This document shows positions 61,076 to 64,000 of a stretch of DNA of 64,000 nucleotides, in pieces. The notes beneath the pieces are model-generated. The model did not search any database. It was given only the letters and a program-made list of their open reading frames with translations, and was not told where the DNA came from. Origin of the DNA: Eukaryota sp. TZLM1-RC. Lineage: Eukaryota > Protista > Metamonada: BaSk clade. Location: contig JAUPSS010000004.1 of NCBI GenBank assembly GCA_040285825.1, forward strand, positions 4,617,784 through 4,681,783. Reading direction: 5' to 3'. The position numbers and the translations under genes are program-made. How positions within the stretch are numbered: position 1 is the first letter of the stretch; each line of letters begins with the position of its first letter.

Positions 61076-63095
61076 TTTTAAGAGTTAACTCATCCGCAAT
61101 TAATTTTGTTCGTCCTTATCAGTTTGCTATCGGAATTCCTAATGGCACAACTTGTGCTGCGTTGTGTACAGATTTACTTTTCAATCAAAAAGGCGAAAAT
61201 TATTTATTGAACATTGATTTTAAAAATGCTTTCAACTCGGTTTTCCGCTCTAGTATTTTGCAAGAACTTGAACTACATTATCCTCCACTTTTCCCGTATT
61301 TTGAATTGATGTATGGATCACCCTCTAACTTAATTTTTCATTCTGAGAATATTGTTTCGTCAAGAGGCGTCAAACAAGGGGATCCATTGGGTCCATTTTT
61401 CTTTTGCTTAGCACTGCAATCAGTTTTGGTAAAATTTAAGTCGGATTTTCCTGACATTCATATATGTGCTTATGCAGATGATTTATCACTTATTGGTCCT
61501 TTGTCTCTTTTACAACACGGGTTACAACATTTTGTTTTTCTGTCCAAACAAATAGGGTTAGATATTAAATTGCCCAAGTGTTTCATTATTGGTAATCAGA
61601 ATGCGGAGGTGGCATTTAATGAAACTTTTATCAACTACGTTGATTACGAGGAAGATGCTATTCGGTTTCTTGGCTCTTATTTTGGAAATTGTGAAAAAGT
61701 TAAATCGATTTTGTCAGGTATTTTGGAAAAAATCGAAGAGCAACTTTTGGCTATTCAAGATCTAGAAATTAACAAACATTTAGCGTTTTCGATCCTAAAT
61801 GTGTGTTTTGGATCAAAAATTAATCATCTTCTTCGTTCTTTATCTCCCACAATTTCTCATGATTTTGCACGTCAATTTAATACTTTGAGAACAAATTTCT
61901 TAGGAAATTTAGTAGAAGTTTGTCCATCTAAAATTCCTTATCATGCATTTTTTAGTCCTAAATTTGGTGGAGTTGGTTTTTCAAAAGCAGAGTATTTATG
62001 CAAAAGTGCTTTTATTGGTGGTATAAAAAATTTTCTTTTTGAATGGAAACTTCGTTTTGATCATATTCCTTTGAATGAATCACATCCTTTTTAATTTCTC
62101 TTGAAAAAATGGTGCAAGAACTACCTGTTGATGTTTGGAATAGGAGTTTTCCTTCAAGTTTGCCTGCTGTGCCTTCGAGATCATTCACCAATCTTCATCT
62201 TGCTGTTGTGAAATTACAGAAGTCTGTTCTTATTGGTTTTGAAGACCTGGATTTTTCTAAACGACTTAGTGTGACTAAGATTAATAATCCCGTCTTTGCT
62301 GCCTTTTTATCAGACATTCAGAACTGTACTAGTTTAATATCTCAGCAACCAAGGCCATTTGGTCTTCACTTAACAAATGAAGCTTGGAAAAAAACATGCG
62401 GTTGAGATTAGGGATGTATCCAAGTGGTCTTTTGGACAATTCTTATTGTATTTGTAACAAAAAACCTACTGCCAATTTCCGTCATATTGTGAGCTGTAAG
62501 AAATTTCTCCAATATAGGTCAGTTCTTCATAATGCCGTTCGTGATGTGACATATGAGATGTTCAAGTGTTACAATTTTAGTTGCAAAGTAGAACCTTTGT
62601 TGAAGCATTATAGTGATGATAATCTGTTTAATTCACGTCGAGGTGATTTAATTGCTCCTTTTGTGGATTCCTCTCAAGTTGTTGTTGATTTCACTACAGT
62701 TGATCCCTTTGCTGTTGTTGATCGCGATGATGTTTTACTTAGTACTAATGGTCATTTAAACAAGGCTGAAGATCATAAGAGAGATAAATATACTGAGATA
62801 TTAAATGATTTAAATAAGAACCTTTATTCGAAGTTTTCGTTTGTTCCTTTTGCCTTTTCCATTTTTGGCAACATTGGACAATCCGCCTTGAATTTCATCA
62901 ATGATTTTGGTAATTTATGTCGTTCAAGTGGTAAGAATTTTGCAGAGAATTTATGGAAAAATCGTATCATTTTCGCTTTGTACAGAAGTGTTCCCAAGTA
63001 CTTGAGTGTAATGATGTCCAAACTTTATAAGGATTCATCACGAGTTGGCGTGGAGAATTTAGTTTCTTATGTGTTTTAGTTTGTTTTGTTTTTAT
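61076..63095 (+). mobile_element. 5'-truncated family D RLE retrotransposon
   Basis: RT with YADD; CIC..HIVSC; LHN; RRGD; K..KY; three ORF pieces. Confidence 0.9.
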
Positions 63096-63211
63096 TTGAT
63101 TCATTTTATTTATTTGTGGATTGATTTATTAAAAAAAATAACAAAACAAAACAAAACAAACTAAAACACATAAGAAACAAAATTCTCCACGCCAACTCTT
63201 GATGAATCCTT
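63096..63211 (-). mobile_element. Very short family D 3'-end copy, tail-to-tail with the long copy
   Basis: 63149-63211 is the reverse complement of 63029-63092. Minus-strand AATAAA and A-rich tail. Confidence 0.75.
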
Positions 63212-64000
63212 TTATAATAAAATATATTTAAAATATATTTTATCATTTAAAAAAACAATGTTTCCTATTGACAATCAACGTGAAACACTAAGTTTCACCA
63301 CTAAGTTTCACCAACCAAAAATCTAAATTTGACAATGCCAATTCAAGACTTGTTATTCCTTACTGTTTAATGTATGTCTCCCACCTAAATACGGTTCTAA
63401 CGGTGATGTTCTCAGTTCAATGAAACTTGTACTTTACACTCCATGACTGTGTCGCATGTTCTTAACATTTATTTGTGGATTCCATATTCTCATTTATTTA
63501 CACTACAAATTAACTGTTGTACATAAGAGTTTTTTAAATACAGGACAGGAGACCCATATGTCGAGTTGAAGTTAAATATCAAAAATTATTTCAAAAAATT
63601 GTTGGAATAATGCTGGTGTCGCCCCACTTCTGGTGAAAGGGAACAATATACAAATTTTATTCTTCACCAGAATCAATTTAATATTTAGGAGAATGTTTTA
63701 ATTTGAATTTTTCAGAGGAACATTAGAATAATTTGTTTGATGTTCTGCATCCGAAAACAACTTGTGGATAAACTAACATCAGAATTGACAAGACAAGTTT
63801 ATTGAAGCAGTATTTTGGAGAGGATAAGCACATTCTAGGTAAAAGGTCAGCTCATCAATGTAATGACCAAAACGTGGGCTTGATTGATGAGACACTATAT
63901 GTGATCTCTATCCCAATTCAACTCCAAAGGCTGCAGATTTGACACATTCATGGAGAATATTTAACTAAAAATTATTTAAATAGTGATGACTATGATCAAA

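Noticed and set aside
63280-63675. 13-bp tandem duplication (CACTAAGTTTCAC) and 10-bp inverted repeat (TTCTGGTGAA)
   Set aside because: Short repeats with no associated feature; not distinguishable from background.

Overview
AT-rich, compact, nearly intron-free eukaryotic (protist-like) DNA using the standard code. Host genes: an inverted-order U-box/TPR ligase, an RCC1-repeat protein, a GH31 glycosidase, a ~2,100-aa REJ/GAIN-GPS single-pass surface protein, an MMPL/RND-type transporter, a USP36-like deubiquitinase, Asterix, a J-domain membrane protein, an LCAT/PLA2G15-like enzyme, tRNA-Val(AAC) and a tandem pair of U14-like box C/D RNAs. Three 28-34-nt introns share a putative branch A seven nt from the 3' end. 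Roughly a third of the window derives from several lineages (labelled A-E here) of single-ORF RT + restriction-like-endonuclease (CRE-like) non-LTR retrotransposons. They carry an N-terminal CCHC knuckle + C4 ribbon + PPIRIP module, make 11-bp TSDs at unrelated sites and nest in one another. There is also a 5.75-kb tandem duplication and a 10.2-kb array of ~1,063-bp units. Each array unit couples an intact 88-aa membrane microprotein gene tail-to-tail to an antisense, decayed retrotransposon 3' end that the ORF track does not show. Many frameshifts lie in homopolymers and may be long-read errors. All calls come from manual reading; no searches were run.
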